Assembly: GCA_964016885.1 (NCBI GenBank) | Contig: OZ024755.1 | Span: 20,770,001 to 20,834,000 of the forward strand | Direction: 5' to 3' | Origin: Eledone cirrhosa | Taxonomy: Eukaryota | Length of the DNA stretch: 64,000 nucleotides | In this document: positions 14,223 to 28,404 of the stretch, in pieces | How positions within the stretch are numbered: the first letter of the stretch is position 1 | Layout of the letters: each line of letters opens with the position of its first letter | Position numbers and translations under genes: made by a program | Notes under the pieces: generated by a model | Told to the model about the DNA's origin: nothing | Seen by the model: only the letters and a program-made list of their open reading frames with translations | The model's database searches: none

Positions 14223-15203
14223 CCAACATAAATATACAGGAATTCAAAATTCTGCACACTTCCATAAGAACATATACATACACACATACTCTACTTTTGT
14301 AAATACATCGTACACACATACTCTTACTCTTGTAAATACATCATATATATATACATACATACATACACACCCTTACTCTTCCAAATACATTATACACATG
14401 CTTCCCTCTGTATGCGTTGGCGTCTTTTCCAATTCAACAGTACACAGATTTATAATCTCTTTGACATCATTCCGACCATTTATTAACATTATTGTGAGAA
14501 CCACCTAATGAGAGAGGCCGTTTCTATTGCTGTCATTTAAACCAGACGACAAATCGCCTGCTTCAAATGACGGCCATAAGGGAGGCAGTTTCTATTGTCG
14601 CGGGAGAGACGTCAGATCGTCTGCTTTAAAATGACGACTAATATAAGGTGGGAGATGGGATTACGGTCCTATAATCAACTACCATTAGTTGATCGAAGGT
14701 AGCTAAACATACTTTAAGGATACATAATCCGATTTAACTCACTCAGAAGCCACCATTTTCAGTCATATCAATGCACACACGTTATTCGGCTCTCACGTTT
14801 TTTCCCTAATAATATTATTTGTGGACTGACCAAATCATTATTTTCATTAGTAAATATTCACATTTACCCGTATATCTTTCTAACGTACAAATTCTCAAAA
14901 GGATCTTGAGAGTTTTCTCAGCTCCTAAACAAACAGTGAAAGTATGTGAATGCCTAATCGAAAATCAATGCCTAATTGAAGTAACACACCTCACATTGTG
15001 AAAACACGACAATCCCTATTCGATGCCGCTGGTCGAAATTCCGATAGTTCGGTTGCCTTTGGTAGCAAATACGTATCTATGAGATATAAACCAGTTTATG
15101 AGATAAAAAATAAGATTTAGGCTATATCATCGACTCAGCAAGATATTTTAACGAGTGAGCCCCTACAACAGGGTGTGGGGTGGTGGTTGAGTGAGACCCT
15201 ACA

Positions 15204-15251
<48 letters not shown>

Positions 15252-15371
15252 AAATGTATATATATATAGTTAGGGAGTGTAACGTGCAGTTACTGTAGGT
15301 TCACCCAGGTGAGCACTCGATGCGTAGATTCATGTCTGTATCGAGGTGTAGAACTAAACAGAGTTTAAATA

Positions 15372-15558
15372 TAATTGTTTCTACTTTTAGCACAAGGCCA
15401 GCAATTATCCCAGTGCATTACTGGTACTTTATTTTATCGACCCCGTAAGGATGAAAGGCAAAGTTAACCTCTCTGGGATTTGACCTCAGACTATAAAGGG
15501 TTGTAACTCTTTGCTGCAAAGCATGGCGTCCGACCCTCTACCGATACTGCCAATCCAC
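15372..15558 (-). mobile_element. tRNA-derived SINE with Nin/Deu-like domain
   Basis: Head TGGCAGTATCGGTAGAG, B-box-like GAGTTCAAATCCC, GCCTTTCATCCTTACGGGGTCGATAAAATAAAGTACCAG, tail TTGTGC..AAAGTAGAAACAATTAT. Confidence 0.85.
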
Positions 15559-15559
15559 T

Positions 15560-15671
15560 ACGTTTATTGAGTAGTGACGCACGTTTCGGTATTCATCAGC
15601 TCAAGGTTCGAACTGTATCGATCTGGCCTGACTCTGGAATCAAAAACTCGTCGGACCTACTCAATAAACGT
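15560..15671 (-). ncRNA. Hammerhead with CCGACGA core and large branched helix II (family P)
   Basis: Minus strand: TTATTGAGTAGGT-CCGACGA-~58 nt-GAAA-CGtgCG-TC^-ACTACTCAATAA. Confidence 0.7.
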
Positions 15672-15704
15672 AATGAAGACATAACAAATAACAAATCGTC
15701 CTTT

Positions 15705-15769
<65 letters not shown>

Positions 15770-15777
15770 CACATACG

Positions 15778-15809
<32 letters not shown>

Positions 15810-16012
15810 CACATACACACATATATATATATATATATATATACGTCAAATAGTTGACCTGCTTGGTTTCAGTTGATGGAGATAGAGTGATTTAATATAA
15901 AATATGTCAGGGAATCATCAACATTCTCTAACTGTTGTTTCCTGCCTTCTCACTGACCTTTGCTGAACTTTCAGTTTCACTTCCACCAAAAAAGTAATCT
16001 TTATATATATAA

Positions 16013-16131
<119 letters not shown>

Positions 16132-16291
16132 ATCTAATAATTCTAAGGACATGATTTATGATATATATATATATTTATGTATGTATATATACACATATAT
16201 ATTCATATATATTTATGTATGTATGTATGTATATACATATATATATATAGTGACAATAAATTAATATTAAAAATAATTGTTTCTACTAAAA

Positions 16292-16983
16292 ATAATTGTT
16301 TCTACTTTAGGCACAAGGCCAGCAATTACTCAGTGCATTACTGGTACTTTATTTTATCGACCCCGTAAGGATGAAAGGCAAAGTTAACCTCGGCGGGATT
16401 TGAACTCAGACTGTAAAGGGACGTAACTATGCTAGAAAACATGGCGTCCAACCCTCTACCGATACTGCCAATTCACAGTGGTAAATAATGGCTTCTGATT
16501 TAAGCACAAGGCCAACGATTTGGGGGGAGGGGAAAGTTAATTAAATCAACCTAGTATGTTACTGGTACTTTATTTTATCGACCACGTAAGGATGAAAGGC
16601 AAAGCTAACCTCAGCGAGATTTGAACTCAGGACGTAAAGGGTCGTAACTTTACGCTGCAAAGCATGTTGTCCGACGCTCTACCGATACTACTAATCCACC
16701 ACCCTTTTGGAGAGGTCAATAATAATTGTTTCTACTATTGGCACAAGGCCAGAAATTACCCAGTACATTACTGGTACTTTATTTTATCGACCCCGTAAGG
16801 ATAAAAGGCAAAGTTAACCTCGGCGGGATTTGAACTCAGAATAGCAAGGGCCGTAACTCTATGCATCAAAGCATGGCGTCCGACCCTCTACCGATACTGC
16901 CAATCCACCGCCTACCGATACTGCCAATCCGACGCTCTACCGATACTACTAATCCACCACCCTTTTGGAGAGGTCAATAATAA
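16292..16983 (-). mobile_element. Cluster of three Nin-type SINE copies with a ~55-bp flanking duplication
   Basis: Copies at ~16292-16476, 16488-16700 and 16722-16912; 16670-16725 is repeated at 16930-16983. Confidence 0.85.
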
Positions 16984-18563
16984 TGAGAGTTGTGTGGGAA
17001 GATGTTTGAGTGGTACGGAAGTAGTAGTAGGATGTGGGAGGTATTAAAGTTATGGGTGAGGCAGATGAAAAAAAAAGGCTGGTCTTGGAGACTAGAAAGA
17101 AAAGGTCATTAATACAATAAGAAAGTCAATTATAATGAGGGATTTGCAGAAGGAAAGGGATTGTGTGGATAGGATTGGCCAGAACAATGGATTAATAAAA
17201 CTTCGATAGAAATAAAGTCAATGGCGGTGTCCCAGCATGGCCTCAGCCTGTCGGTTGGAACAGGTAATAGAGTAAATAAAGTAACTAAAATATATTCTCT
17301 CTCTCGCTCGCTCGTCTATTCTATTCTATTCTGAAATATTTATCTTTATCTTTTTATTTATATCTCGATAACTTAAATGTTTTCTCTCTCCCTTTCCTAA
17401 CCTCTTTCTTCTTCTTTTCCTCCTCATCCTTCTCCCCCTCCTCCTTCTTCCTCTTACTACCTCTTACTACCGCTCTTTCTTTAACAGCCGGCAGTTTTAC
17501 AGCTATTTCCGTGTTCGAGCTCCTTTACCATTTTACAAAATATTTACTCACTCAACGTTCCAAATCCTTTCATATATTATTTATCTCTTTGTTTTATTTA
17601 TATCTCGACACCTTAAATATTTATCATTATGTTTTGTTTATATTTCCAAACCTTCTGCAACTCGAATTAGACGCTCACTGTTCGCATATGAAAACCATTT
17701 TCCTCTTTTCTTTTGCTTTGCAATTGTATTTTTTATTTGAAATTTCATTTCTTGAATTTCTCTACAGCTACTTTTTATCTTGGGTAACGCCGGGTGTTTT
17801 ACAAGTTATCTCATATAATTAAAGTATTACAAATGTTAATAGAGGTGGGTGATCCGATGTCACATATAACCGGATTGTTGAAGCATGGTTTATATCAGCA
17901 CCAAACCAATTCCGTTCCACACTGCAATAAACAACAAACAATACCAACCATTCAGCTTAATGTTATTAGAGGAATGGCTACGTTGAATCTGATGCGTAAA
18001 AATGTACGCAAAACGGAGCGTGGCAAGCTTGACTCCAGTAAAAGCAATTTGAATATAAGACTAGAAGTAATACCTCGAGTGTTGCAAATAAAACAGAACA
18101 AGCATAAACGGACAATGACAGGAAAGTGTGTCTATTTTACAGACATATTCTACAGCAGAGGTTCACAAACTTTTGGGGTCACGTAATACCCTTTAGCGCC
18201 CCCAACTCTTTCCCTAATTACAGAGAGACCTGCCTACACGCAAATTGTAAATAATATATTATATATTAAATTGTTAATTTATATATAATAAATAATATAA
18301 TATATAGTATGTATAAATAAATATTATATATTTTTTATTTTACTATATGCATATGTAATATGTATCATTTGATATTTAATATGCTATTATATCATCAGCT
18401 CCTATGTTCAAATATCACCGAGGACTACTTTGCTTTTCATTGCTCCGAGGTGGATAAATAAAGTACCAGTCTTGGGCATTAGACTAGCAAAATAGTTAGA
18501 GCAGCGGGTGTATTTATTCTGCTAATTGGCGTTCTGAGTTCAAATCCCGCCATAACCTACATG

Positions 18564-18861
18564 CAGAGGCGTAACTAGAGTGGAATGGCAAGCATGACAC
18601 ATGCAATGGACACCACTTAGACTAGAAGCACTTTCTAAAAGTCAGATAAGCTATCGTCGAATATCGAAACAAAAAAACTTCTTCAGATGTATGATGTCTT
18701 TGATTATCATGCGTGAGAAGCACTACGGTAGCTGGATCATTAAACTATTTATATAAATTATTAGACCCTTAGGTAAAAATACTGAGCTAAGAACTACATG
18801 TTTGCCAGGGGCGCAATTTCACAACTTGCCATGAGGGATATTTGCCCTAATTATGCCTCTG
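18564..18861. mobile_element. hAT MITE with 8-bp TSD
   Basis: TIR CAGAGGCGTAACTAG / CTAATTATGCCTCTG; TSD CCTACATG / CCTACTTG. Confidence 0.82.
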
Positions 18862-20619
18862 CCTACTTGGTTGGTAGACATAATTCGTCACCCGGTTTAA
18901 CACCACTACCTGACCCTTTAACAGTCTATATTTTGTTGCAAGTATTTGGGTAGAGTGTCTGTTTTGATGATACTTCGCTCTTTCCCTCTAAGGCACTTCC
19001 GGCCATTGAAACAGGTCATGGGCACTACCTTTCCTTCCAGACTAAACGATATAAAAAATAGAAAGACAAAAGCGAAAAGGAAAACACGAATAATGAAGAT
19101 AATAGCAATTAAAAATAGGGGTCTATTTCTTTACTGTTCTGTCGATATTACATCCACGAAAGCAGGTAAATAGTAATGAAGGGTGAAAAGGTTAAAATAA
19201 GACATTAAAACGAGACGGAAGAAAAATATAAAATAAACAGAGGGAAACAAAACACACGCAAAAAAAAAAACGAACCGACAGAGGGAAAGGGAAAGAAGAT
19301 AAATAATGAAAAAAAGAAAGAGAGTAAGGGATGGAAGGGGTTTTTTGAGGTAGTAGGGTTAATGTCCTTCAGCTTGTAACAAAACATTTCCGTGTATGTA
19401 TGCCTTGGATGACAGACAGGAAGGAGTAGCGGGGGAGAAAAATCTAGAACATGAATGTTACTGGAACATAAATGTATTTTATACAGTTTAGCTACATCGC
19501 TAAGTATGTCTATCTATCTCTATCTCTCTCTCCCAGGCGGACATGTGGACATGCTTTCACTTCACACTAAGACATGTCTCCTCGCAAATTGAGGTTTTAT
19601 TTATTTATTTATTCATTTATTTGTTTGTTCGTTTAATTGTTTGTTTTGTTTGTTTATTTCAGACAAATTTGTGAAATATTTTTCGGTTGGATCCCCAAGC
19701 GAGACCGGCCGAGATCCAGCTATCTTGCTCAGAATATACTTCTGGGTCTCATGCCAGAAAAAAAAGTGAAATATTAATTCAGCAATTGGAGTTGGATAAG
19801 AATTTGAACAACTTCATTCATTTCCATCTACTTTATAAAATTTCGCATATCCCGAGATCTTCATTAGCCTTTCACTTTAAAGGTGTGGAGTACTCTAAAT
19901 ATAACATTAACACCTCCATTAATTTGTTATCTTCGGCTTTGCTATGACTAATATCTTTAATGATTTAACGTGTATTGGTGATAGTCTTGCTTCAAAATAA
20001 CATGACCGACCTGATATTACATTTGTCAAAAACTGTTAACCTTAAAACTTCTTACTCCCATTATCACCCGCACCACCACCCTCTAAAACTGTCATGTAGC
20101 TTCAATCTCATGAATTAATGTTGAACTATCAAGACGTCCATTATGTTCACACCAAGAAAGCCATGATTATTATTATGTTTGTCTTATATTCAGCAACAAT
20201 GAGACACAATACGGGAAATTTCTAAAACCATTTAATGAGTAATCCAACAAATTGCTTTAACTTCCAATTACATTTTCTTCTTCAGACCAATCCTGAAGTT
20301 TGGAAGTGTTACAATTACCTTAACTTCCTCACATTTCATCGTAATGTTAATATTTTTTACATTGCAGTATTTTTAGGACAATTTAAAAAATACTTGCTCA
20401 AGCTTTACTTTCAGTTTCTTCAGTTTCCTCAAACGTTTTGCAGATAAGATATATATACTGCTTGAAAATGACTTTTTTTTTTTATATTTAATACAATGCA
20501 GGAATTGTTCATGGTGTATATGGCGATAATATTCACAAAAGTTGTGTTTAAATTAGTATTATACTTGATTTATAAACATGCAAAGAGCTACAATTGCTCA
20601 AAGACAGTTAAGATTTACA

Positions 20620-20820
20620 AGATATTGGTGGACAACTAAACATTGTTATACACAAGCTACTATTGAGGGAACCAGCCCATTGGAGACGCAATAAAGGAGG
20701 GCCTGCTCAAACATTCATCAATCAACTCTCAGACGATAAACATTCCAATAGGGAGCCGTTACCAGGAAAAATGGAAAATTGTGAGATATGGAGAGACGTT
20801 TTCAGGAATGTTCGACTAAA
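20620..20820 (+). mobile_element. Old RTE 3' fragment
   Basis: LLLREPAHWRRNKGGPAQTFINQL..WRD resembles an RTE C-terminus. Confidence 0.55.
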
Positions 20821-21263
20821 GGAAAGGGTACGCTACCATTTTAACTGAGGGCAGGGTACCCCACCATTTTAACTGAAGGAAGGGTACCCTACCATTTTAA
20901 CTAAGGGTACCCCACCATTAACTAAGGGAAGGACACATTAGTTAAAGCAGCTCTATATATTCCTTAACCCACCCACCCACATACACACACACACTATGAT
21001 CACTATTGGAACACCATTCATTATAAGCCACTTTGGGAAAATACAGTGGAAGACATAAGAATATGGAATAGTCTTGGCCTGAGCGCTGATTGAAGAAAAA
21101 ATAACTACAACAATAACAACAACAGCAACGTAACTTGAAGATATGAGTGAATACTACTGAACTAAAACTGTCCTTGATACACTCATAGATTAATAAAAAT
21201 AGAATAAAGGAAATCTTCATCAGTGACCCGTTGACCCGTTGGGGATTAGGGAAGATTGTGTGT

Positions 21264-21310
<47 letters not shown>

Positions 21311-21685
21311 CTATGATCACACATATACACACGTGTGTTAGCGTGTTTATGTGAATATCATATGTATGTGTGCTAGCGTGTGTGTATATTAGGAATACGC
21401 ATGTTAACGTGTGTGTGTATGTCTGTGTGTGTGTGTGTATCTACATCATCAATACGTGTGTTAGCATCTGTGTGTGAATGTGTGTGTACATCATAAATAT
21501 GTGTGTTAGCGTGTGTGTTAGCGTGTGTGTGTGTGTGTGTGTGTGTGTACATCATAAATATGTTAGCGTGTGATCTGACTGAAAGAAGTACGAATCCAGA
21601 GATAGAGAGGGTAAGAGAAAGGGGGATAGAGAAAGAGAAAGAGAAAGAGAGAGAGAGAGAGAGAGAATCAGACAGAGAGAGCGAG

Positions 21686-21724
<39 letters not shown>

Positions 21725-21977
21725 AAAAGAGAGAGAGGGAGAGAAGGTTAGATAGAGATAGATAGAGAAATAGAGAAAGAGAGAGAGAAAGACAGAGAGA
21801 CAAACAAACAGACAGACAGAGACAGAGAGTAGGGGGAAGAGGTAGAGATAGATAGAGAGAATGAGAGAGAGTAGTGGAAAGAGGTAAAGATAGAAAGAGA
21901 GAGAGTAGGAGGATGAGGTAGAGATAGACACATAGACAGAGAGGGAGAGAGACAGAGACAGAGAGAGAGATATATAT

Positions 21978-22023
<46 letters not shown>

Positions 22024-22267
22024 CCAGTCTGCTAATATGCAAATCAGGCCGATCAGTTACTGTGTATTTTTGAAAATAGCATATATTTTCACTAGCTCTG
22101 ATAGTTTGGCAGGTGAACAGTGAGGTGCACTGATGAAGGATGACACCCAGAAACATTAGTGTCTGCAGTTCTGTTCACATGCCAACAAGAGCAAGAATGA
22201 AGGGTTCATTACTGACATGGCTATAAAATTGAGGCTTGTTTGCAAAATTGCAAACGAATCGAATGTT

Positions 22268-22623
22268 ATTATTAATATTCGAAAGTACCAGTAATGCACT
22301 GGGTAATTGCTGGCCTTGTGCCTAAAGTAGAAACAATTATTAATATTCGAAAGTACCAGTAATGCACTGGGTTATTGCTGGTCTTGTGCCTAAAGTAGAA
22401 ACAGTTATTAATATTCGAAAAGCGGTGGATTGGCAGTATCGGTAGAGGGTCGGACGCCATGCTTTCAAGCATAGTTATCTCCCTTTACGGTCTGAGTTCA
22501 AATCCCGTCGAGGTTAACTTTGCTTTTCATCCTTACGAGGTCGATAAAATAAAGAACCAGTAATGTACTGAGATAATTGCCGGCCTTGTGCCAAAAGTAG
22601 AAATAATTATTAATATTCGAAAA
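22268..22623 (+). mobile_element. Nin-type SINE (22422-22610) preceded by two tail-only copies, separated by TTATTAATATTCGAAA
   Basis: The spacer occurs four times; sequence matches the SINE consensus. Confidence 0.85.
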
Positions 22624-22746
22624 ACTCAGATTACATTTATTAACACATATAAATCATTAGAGAGGATTTGGTCGCTTTCACTACCGTATTCACGTGACTA
22701 TTGAACGTATGGGAAGTTAGACAGGTCTGTTTCCTTAATCAGTTTT

Positions 22747-23580
22747 ATGATGGTTGTGATGGCGGTGGTTGTGATGGTGGTGGTGGTGGTGGTTGAGGTG
22801 GTGGTGGTGGTGGTGGTGGTGGTTGTGGTGGTGGTGGTGGTTGTGGTGGTGGTTGTGGTGGTGGTTGTGGTTGTGGTTGTGGTGGTGGTGGTAGTGGTGG
22901 TAGGGATGGTAGTGGTTGTGGTGATGATGTTGGTGGTGGTGGTTGTGGTAGTGGTGGTGGGGATGGTAGTGGTTGTGGTGATGATGTTGGTGGTGGTGGT
23001 GATGATGTTGGTGGTGGTGGTGGTAGTTGGGAAGGTGGTGGTGCTGATCGTGATGGTTGTGGTGCTGGTGCTGGCTGTGGTGGTGCTGGTAGTAGTGGTG
23101 GTGGTTGTAGTAGTGGTTGTGGTGGTGATGGTTGTGGTGGTGGTGGTGGTGGTGGTGGTGATGGTGGGGGTTTGGGTTGTGGTGGTTGTGGTGGTGGTGG
23201 GGTGGCTGTGGGTGTGGTGGTTGTGGTGGTGATGGTGGTGGTTGTCGTAGCGGTTGTGATGGTGGTGGTTCTGGTTGTGATGGTGGTGATTGTGGTTGTA
23301 GTGGTTGTGGTGGTGATGGTGGGGTTGTGGTTGTAGTAGTGGTGCTGGTGGTGGTGGTGGTGATGATGGGGAAGATGCTGACGGCTAAGACGACGACGAC
23401 GACGACAAACATGATGATAATGATGATGGTGATGGTGATGATCGTGGTGGGTGTCATAGTGGTGGTCGTGATGATGATGATGATGATGAGGATAATGATG
23501 TTGAAGATGATGATGATGATAATGATGTTGAAGATGAGGATGATGATGAGGATGATGTTGAAGATGATGATGATAATAAT
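22747..23580. repeat. (GGT)n/(GAT)n low-complexity tract
   Basis: Seen directly. Confidence 0.9.
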
Positions 23581-23990
23581 TGTTTCTACTTTTGGCGCAA
23601 GGCCAGCAATTACCTCAGTACATTACTGGTACTTTATTTTATCGACCCCCGTAAGGATGAAAGGTAAAGTTAACCTCGGCGGGATTTGAACTCAGAATGG
23701 CAAGGGCCGTAACTCTATGCGTCAAAGCATGGCGTCCGAAGATGCTGACGACTATGACGACGACAAACATGATGATGATGATGATGATGATGATCGTGGT
23801 GGGTGTCATAGTGGTAGTCGTGATGATGATGATGATGATGATGATATTAATGATGATGATGATGATAATAATTGTTTCTACTTTTGGCACAAGGCCAGCA
23901 ATTACCCCAGTGTATTACTGGTACTTTATTTTATCGACCGCCGTAAGGATGAAAGGCAAAGTTAACCTCGGCGGAATTTGAACTTTAGAA
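23578..23990 (-). mobile_element. Two 5'-truncated Nin-type SINEs in duplicated (GAT)n context
   Basis: Copies at 23578-23738 and 23870-23990; flank 23370-23580 is repeated at 23738-23870. Confidence 0.8.
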
Positions 23991-24994
23991 TGATGAAAAT
24001 AATGATGTTGAAGATGATGATGATGATGATGATGTGGAGGAGGAGGAGGGGGAGGGGGGAGGAGGGTGTAGGAGAGAGGTTAATAGTTACAGTCAACCTA
24101 GTAATTTTTTTTCAACATGTAATCTAAAACCCCTCTCTCTCTCTCTCTCTCTCCCTTTCTGTCCCTCTTCTCACCTCTCCCTCTCTCCCCTCTTCTCTCA
24201 TTTCCCTACCTCTCCTCTCTCCCCTCTTCTCTCACTTCTCTACCTCTCCTCTCTTCTCTCACTTCCCTACCTCTCCTCTCCCTCTCTCCCCTCTTCTCTC
24301 ACTTCCCTACCTCTCCTCTCCCTCTCTCCCCCTCTTCTCTCACTTCCCTACCTCTCCTCTCCCTCTCTCCCCTCACTTCCCTACCTCTATTCTCCCTCTC
24401 TCCCCTCTTCTCTCACTTTCCTACCTCTCCTCTCCCTCCTCTTCTCTCACTTACCTCCCTCTCCCTCTTCCTTTCCTGTCCTCTCCACTACCTGCTCTTC
24501 CTCTCCCTCTCTTTTCTTCTCCGTCACCTCTTCCTCTCCTCTCTCCTCAACTTTCATTTAAGAATGACGTCTTTTAAGTGTTTTTATCTTGGAATTATAA
24601 ATACAATTCTCAAGTAAACATAAATAAACCGCTTACCTGGTCTGTCTTCTTTGTATTTCCCCTTGTTTCTCTACCGATGCCTCCTCTCCATCTCTCCTTA
24701 CCCCCTCCCTCGTTCTCTCTCTCTCTCTCTCTCTTTATATATATATATTATGAATAATTGTATTGTGTCCATTTACGTAATAACGGCATCACATTATATA
24801 ACAGTCGTTCTATTTTACGTATTATCTGAGTTTTAAAAGAACGGTGGACGAGTCAGATGTGAGAAAACATACACACGTCCTCACTCGACCGGCTAGAAAT
24901 AACAGCTAAGCGCCCTGCTCCCACCCTCAAACAAACAAAAAATAATTACAATTAAAATAAAAACAAATGATGATGATGAGGCGGAGGGCAATGA

Positions 24995-25140
24995 CCAGTT
25001 ACATCCGCTGCAAGAGCCATCCCACCTCGCGGAGCTCCTTCCTTGGACGGGCTGCTGTCGTTCCGATTTTACGGAGGATCTCGGCTGTACGGGGTCTGAG
25101 GATGCCTAAGGTCTCGACGGCGACCAGTGCAAAGAGGAAA
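24995..25140 (-). mobile_element. CRE-like endonuclease fragment
   Basis: Minus frame LVAVETLGILRPRTAEILRKIG..REVGWLLQR. Confidence 0.7.
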
Positions 25141-25355
25141 GAATCTGGTATTTTTACTGATAGATATATGAGTCAGCGATGAAGTGGCTCTGGTGTAGCT
25201 GAGCCATTAAACACTAACTAAAATTACTAACCTAACCTAACTGACTAAACTGTAGTAACAAACTAATAATAACAATTAAGTTAATTTGATCTGTTAATTA
25301 GTTTAGTTTAGATTAGTTAGTTTTCCTCTTTTTGTGAATAATTGTTATGAGGAAG

Positions 25356-25388
<33 letters not shown>

Positions 25389-25959
25389 CACTCTCTCACA
25401 CGCACGCTCTCTCTCATATACACACGCCCACATATAGTCAAATATATCATTAGCTACCTTAACCAATAATAGTTTTCGTCATGAAACTCTATTAGGAAGA
25501 TCGTAACTCACGTGGAGATTTCTATATCTAACAAAAAAAGACAGGCTTTTCCTTAAATATATATATATGGGGAAAAGAATCAGTATTGCATCATATACAT
25601 ATTTAATCACACATTACATCAGCTCGAGGAATGATCAATTATGTTCGTTCCTGACTCTGGAATCGAAAGCTCCTCAGATATGTGTTCTCACATGTAGACT
25701 CACGTCCAAATGTTGCTTTATATACATTTAAGGAAAAAGCCTACAAAACAGCTGAAGTGCGCTACAAATTCAGACCTGTATATAAACAATGCTATATTTA
25801 ACCGAAGCTGTGAAAATATGTGTATGTAAATATGTAAACATCTCCTGTTTACGTATTTCTTCGTAGACTGAAAACTTGATTCGAGTTTCGGGCCTCATTT
25901 GATCATTTCGTTTATATATCTTAGAAAAAATATGATAGCATTTTATTTAAGAAGTCATC

Positions 25960-26295
25960 GCTGGTGGCTCACCTTACTGAGGTGTCAGGTGATGCTCGTG
26001 AGGGTGCCTGGTTATTTCAGCGCCTTAGCCTCAACATCACCCGTGGTAATGCTGCGAGCGTGTTGGTTTGCCTGGAAGTGTGTAGTTAACCCCTAAGCTG
26101 TGAGATGCGGCCGATTGTCGCACTTGGTGGTGAATTGCGCCCACCCTCTTTTTTTTCTTTCCTTTATCCTTTTTGTTCAATGAATTATATTATTATATTT
26201 TTATACACATTGTATTTATTACGTGTTTATATTTTCATTCTGAAAGAACTGTGAACATTTGTAATGTTATTTATACAACAGTAAATAAAACTTTT
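25960..26295 (+). mobile_element. CRE-like 3' end and putative 3'UTR; UTR copy inverted at 27863-27965
   Basis: LTEVSGDAREGAWLFQRLSLNITRGNAASVL. Confidence 0.72.
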
Positions 26296-27633
26296 AACAA
26301 TATAAGAAAAGGAAATGTAAAGTGTGAATAACAGTAAAGAAGATGAGTTTCAAACAACGTCAGGATGTCAAAAATTTCCAATTAAGAATTCTGAACACAT
26401 ATTTAGAAGATGGAAAAAGAGAATGCTTAAATTTGCAATTCGGGGTTATCTCTAAACATTTTTGGACTCCATTAATTCAAACAAAAATTGATTTTTCTTT
26501 AATTTCTGGATCAACTTTAATCGATTATATTCTCATAAAGTCGTTTTGAGGGTCGATTTTAATCAATTACACCTTTATTTAATCGTTTTAAGTCGACCCA
26601 GTTCCTTACTTATTTTATCTACTCCGGAAGGATAAAGGATAAAATTGACTTTAGGGAGATTTACAGAAAATTCACCCATGAATTTGTTAAACATTCTATC
26701 CAAAACAAACAATATTTTTCAATGTATCCGTATTTAAGATGGCCGGGTGGTATTTGAGAGAGATTCCTCTGCTACTACTAGCTGTTCGAACGATTATTGT
26801 TATCTCGTTGGTTCAGGTCGGAGCTAGTAACTAACCTTATTGATTTCAAAGGTCTCTGGTTGGTTCTGGTAAGAGCTGGTCACTAACCCTATTGTCTTCA
26901 GAAGACTAGGGAATTATAGTTAGTCACGCCCAGTCACGTTAAAGATGTAAACGCAGTTAATTAGCAATAGCTACTAATCATAATCAGATATTTGGATTGG
27001 AAGCTTACTTATTATTCTACGACTCTCATCACAGCCTATAATGTATATTTTCTTCTAAGTCAAAGAAGCAATAGTCCCTCGGTAGTAAAAATAAAGACGA
27101 AAGCTTAATTCTTTCTGAGCCGCTTGAAATCACCAGAATGTTCTCATCTCTCAGAACCAAGAGATAAAATAAATAAATCCCAGTGAAACAGCTGTCCATT
27201 TATTCAGTAATGGATTTATTATGTTTTCAGACAATTCTAAACGTGATGTGTTCAGGCGTTAAGAAAATACTGATTGCAAATTTCGTGGCTGATAATTGTG
27301 ATTCGTGAGCCAATAAAAGTACACACATTAATAGCAAGTTTTCTGATCCGAATTACACACGCAAACAAAACTATTTTATTAAGAAATAGACCCTTTATTT
27401 CTTAAATAACAGGCCAAAGAGGGAATTAGAATATAAAATAGGCTTTAACGGAAAATCTACATTTATGCTAGAGCTCTCCTCTCATACATCGAGAAAAACA
27501 ACCCTTTAAAAAGTACTTTATATAATAAGATTATTATAATTATTTTACTAAGCGCAAATATTCTACATTTTGTAAAAGAAAATGATGTCACGTTTATACA
27601 TTTTCACATTTATTAATTAAATAGAAAAAAATT

Positions 27634-27850
27634 GCGGTGGATCGGCAGTATCGGTAGAGGATCGGACGCCATGCTTTGCAGCATAGAGTTACGACCCTTT
27701 ATGATCTGAGTTCAAATCCCACCGAGGTTAACTTTGCCTTTCATCCTTACGGGGTCGATAAAATAAAGTACCAGTCACGTACTGGGTCGATTTAATCTAC
27801 TTTGCCCTCTCCCAAAATTGCTGACCTTGTGCCTGTATAAGAAACCATTA
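27634..27850 (+). mobile_element. Nin-type SINE, full length
   Basis: Matches the SINE consensus from head to tail. Confidence 0.85.
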
Positions 27851-28049
27851 ATTGAATAGGAGAAAAGTTTTATTCACAGTTGTATAAATAACATTACAAA
27901 TTGTTCACAATTCTTTCAGAATGAAAATATAAGCACAAATACAAACACATATAATAAATACAATTAATTTTTGCTAGGAACCTCACAAATACAATGCACC
28001 AAAATATACGATCAAAGCGAGAGAAAAAAAAAAAAAAAAAACTACCATC

Positions 28050-28200
28050 AATTCACCACCAAGTGCGTAATCGGACGCACCTCCTATACCATCCTCCGGG
28101 GAAACGCCTTCACCATTCTGTCCGTCGGGGCTGTGGAGAGGCCAGCACGTGGGCCCCCATTTGCTCACCGTGGAGAGATGGATGCAATGACAGTGGGAGT
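28050..28200 (+). mobile_element. CRE-like 3' fragment just upstream of the tRNA
   Basis: TILRGNAFTILSVG..PFAH; similar to the end of 57540-57700. Confidence 0.65.
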
Positions 28201-28313
28201 TCAATTGACTGATTCTTGTAGCATTCATTTGCCGTTGCCACATTATATCCTGTTGATGGTCTTCTTGGCAAGCTACATCTATCAACAAACACCTCATTTC
28301 AGTACCAGATTGC

Positions 28314-28404
28314 ATCCGCATTATCAGTCGGTAGAGCATCAGACTTTTATGGATTATCCATTAAGGGAATCTGAGGGTCGCGGGTTCAAGTCCCGCTGCG
28401 GGTG
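28314..28404 (+). tRNA. tRNA-Lys(TTT) with a 19-nt intron (28350-28368); D-stem damaged, possible pseudogene
   Basis: Acceptor ATCCGCA/TGCGGGT+G; anticodon arm TCAGA-CTTTTA[intron]A-TCTGA; T arm GCGGG-TTCAAGT-CCCGC; poly-T terminator follows; TTATCAG replaces the expected TAGCTCAG. Confidence 0.85.

Noticed and set aside
19662-19770. Possible plus-strand exon after a good acceptor (tttcag)
   Set aside because: No recognisable protein, weak donor, no partner exons.
22735-24561. His-, Val-, Met- and Ser/Leu-rich ORFs
   Set aside because: Simple-repeat and SINE translations.
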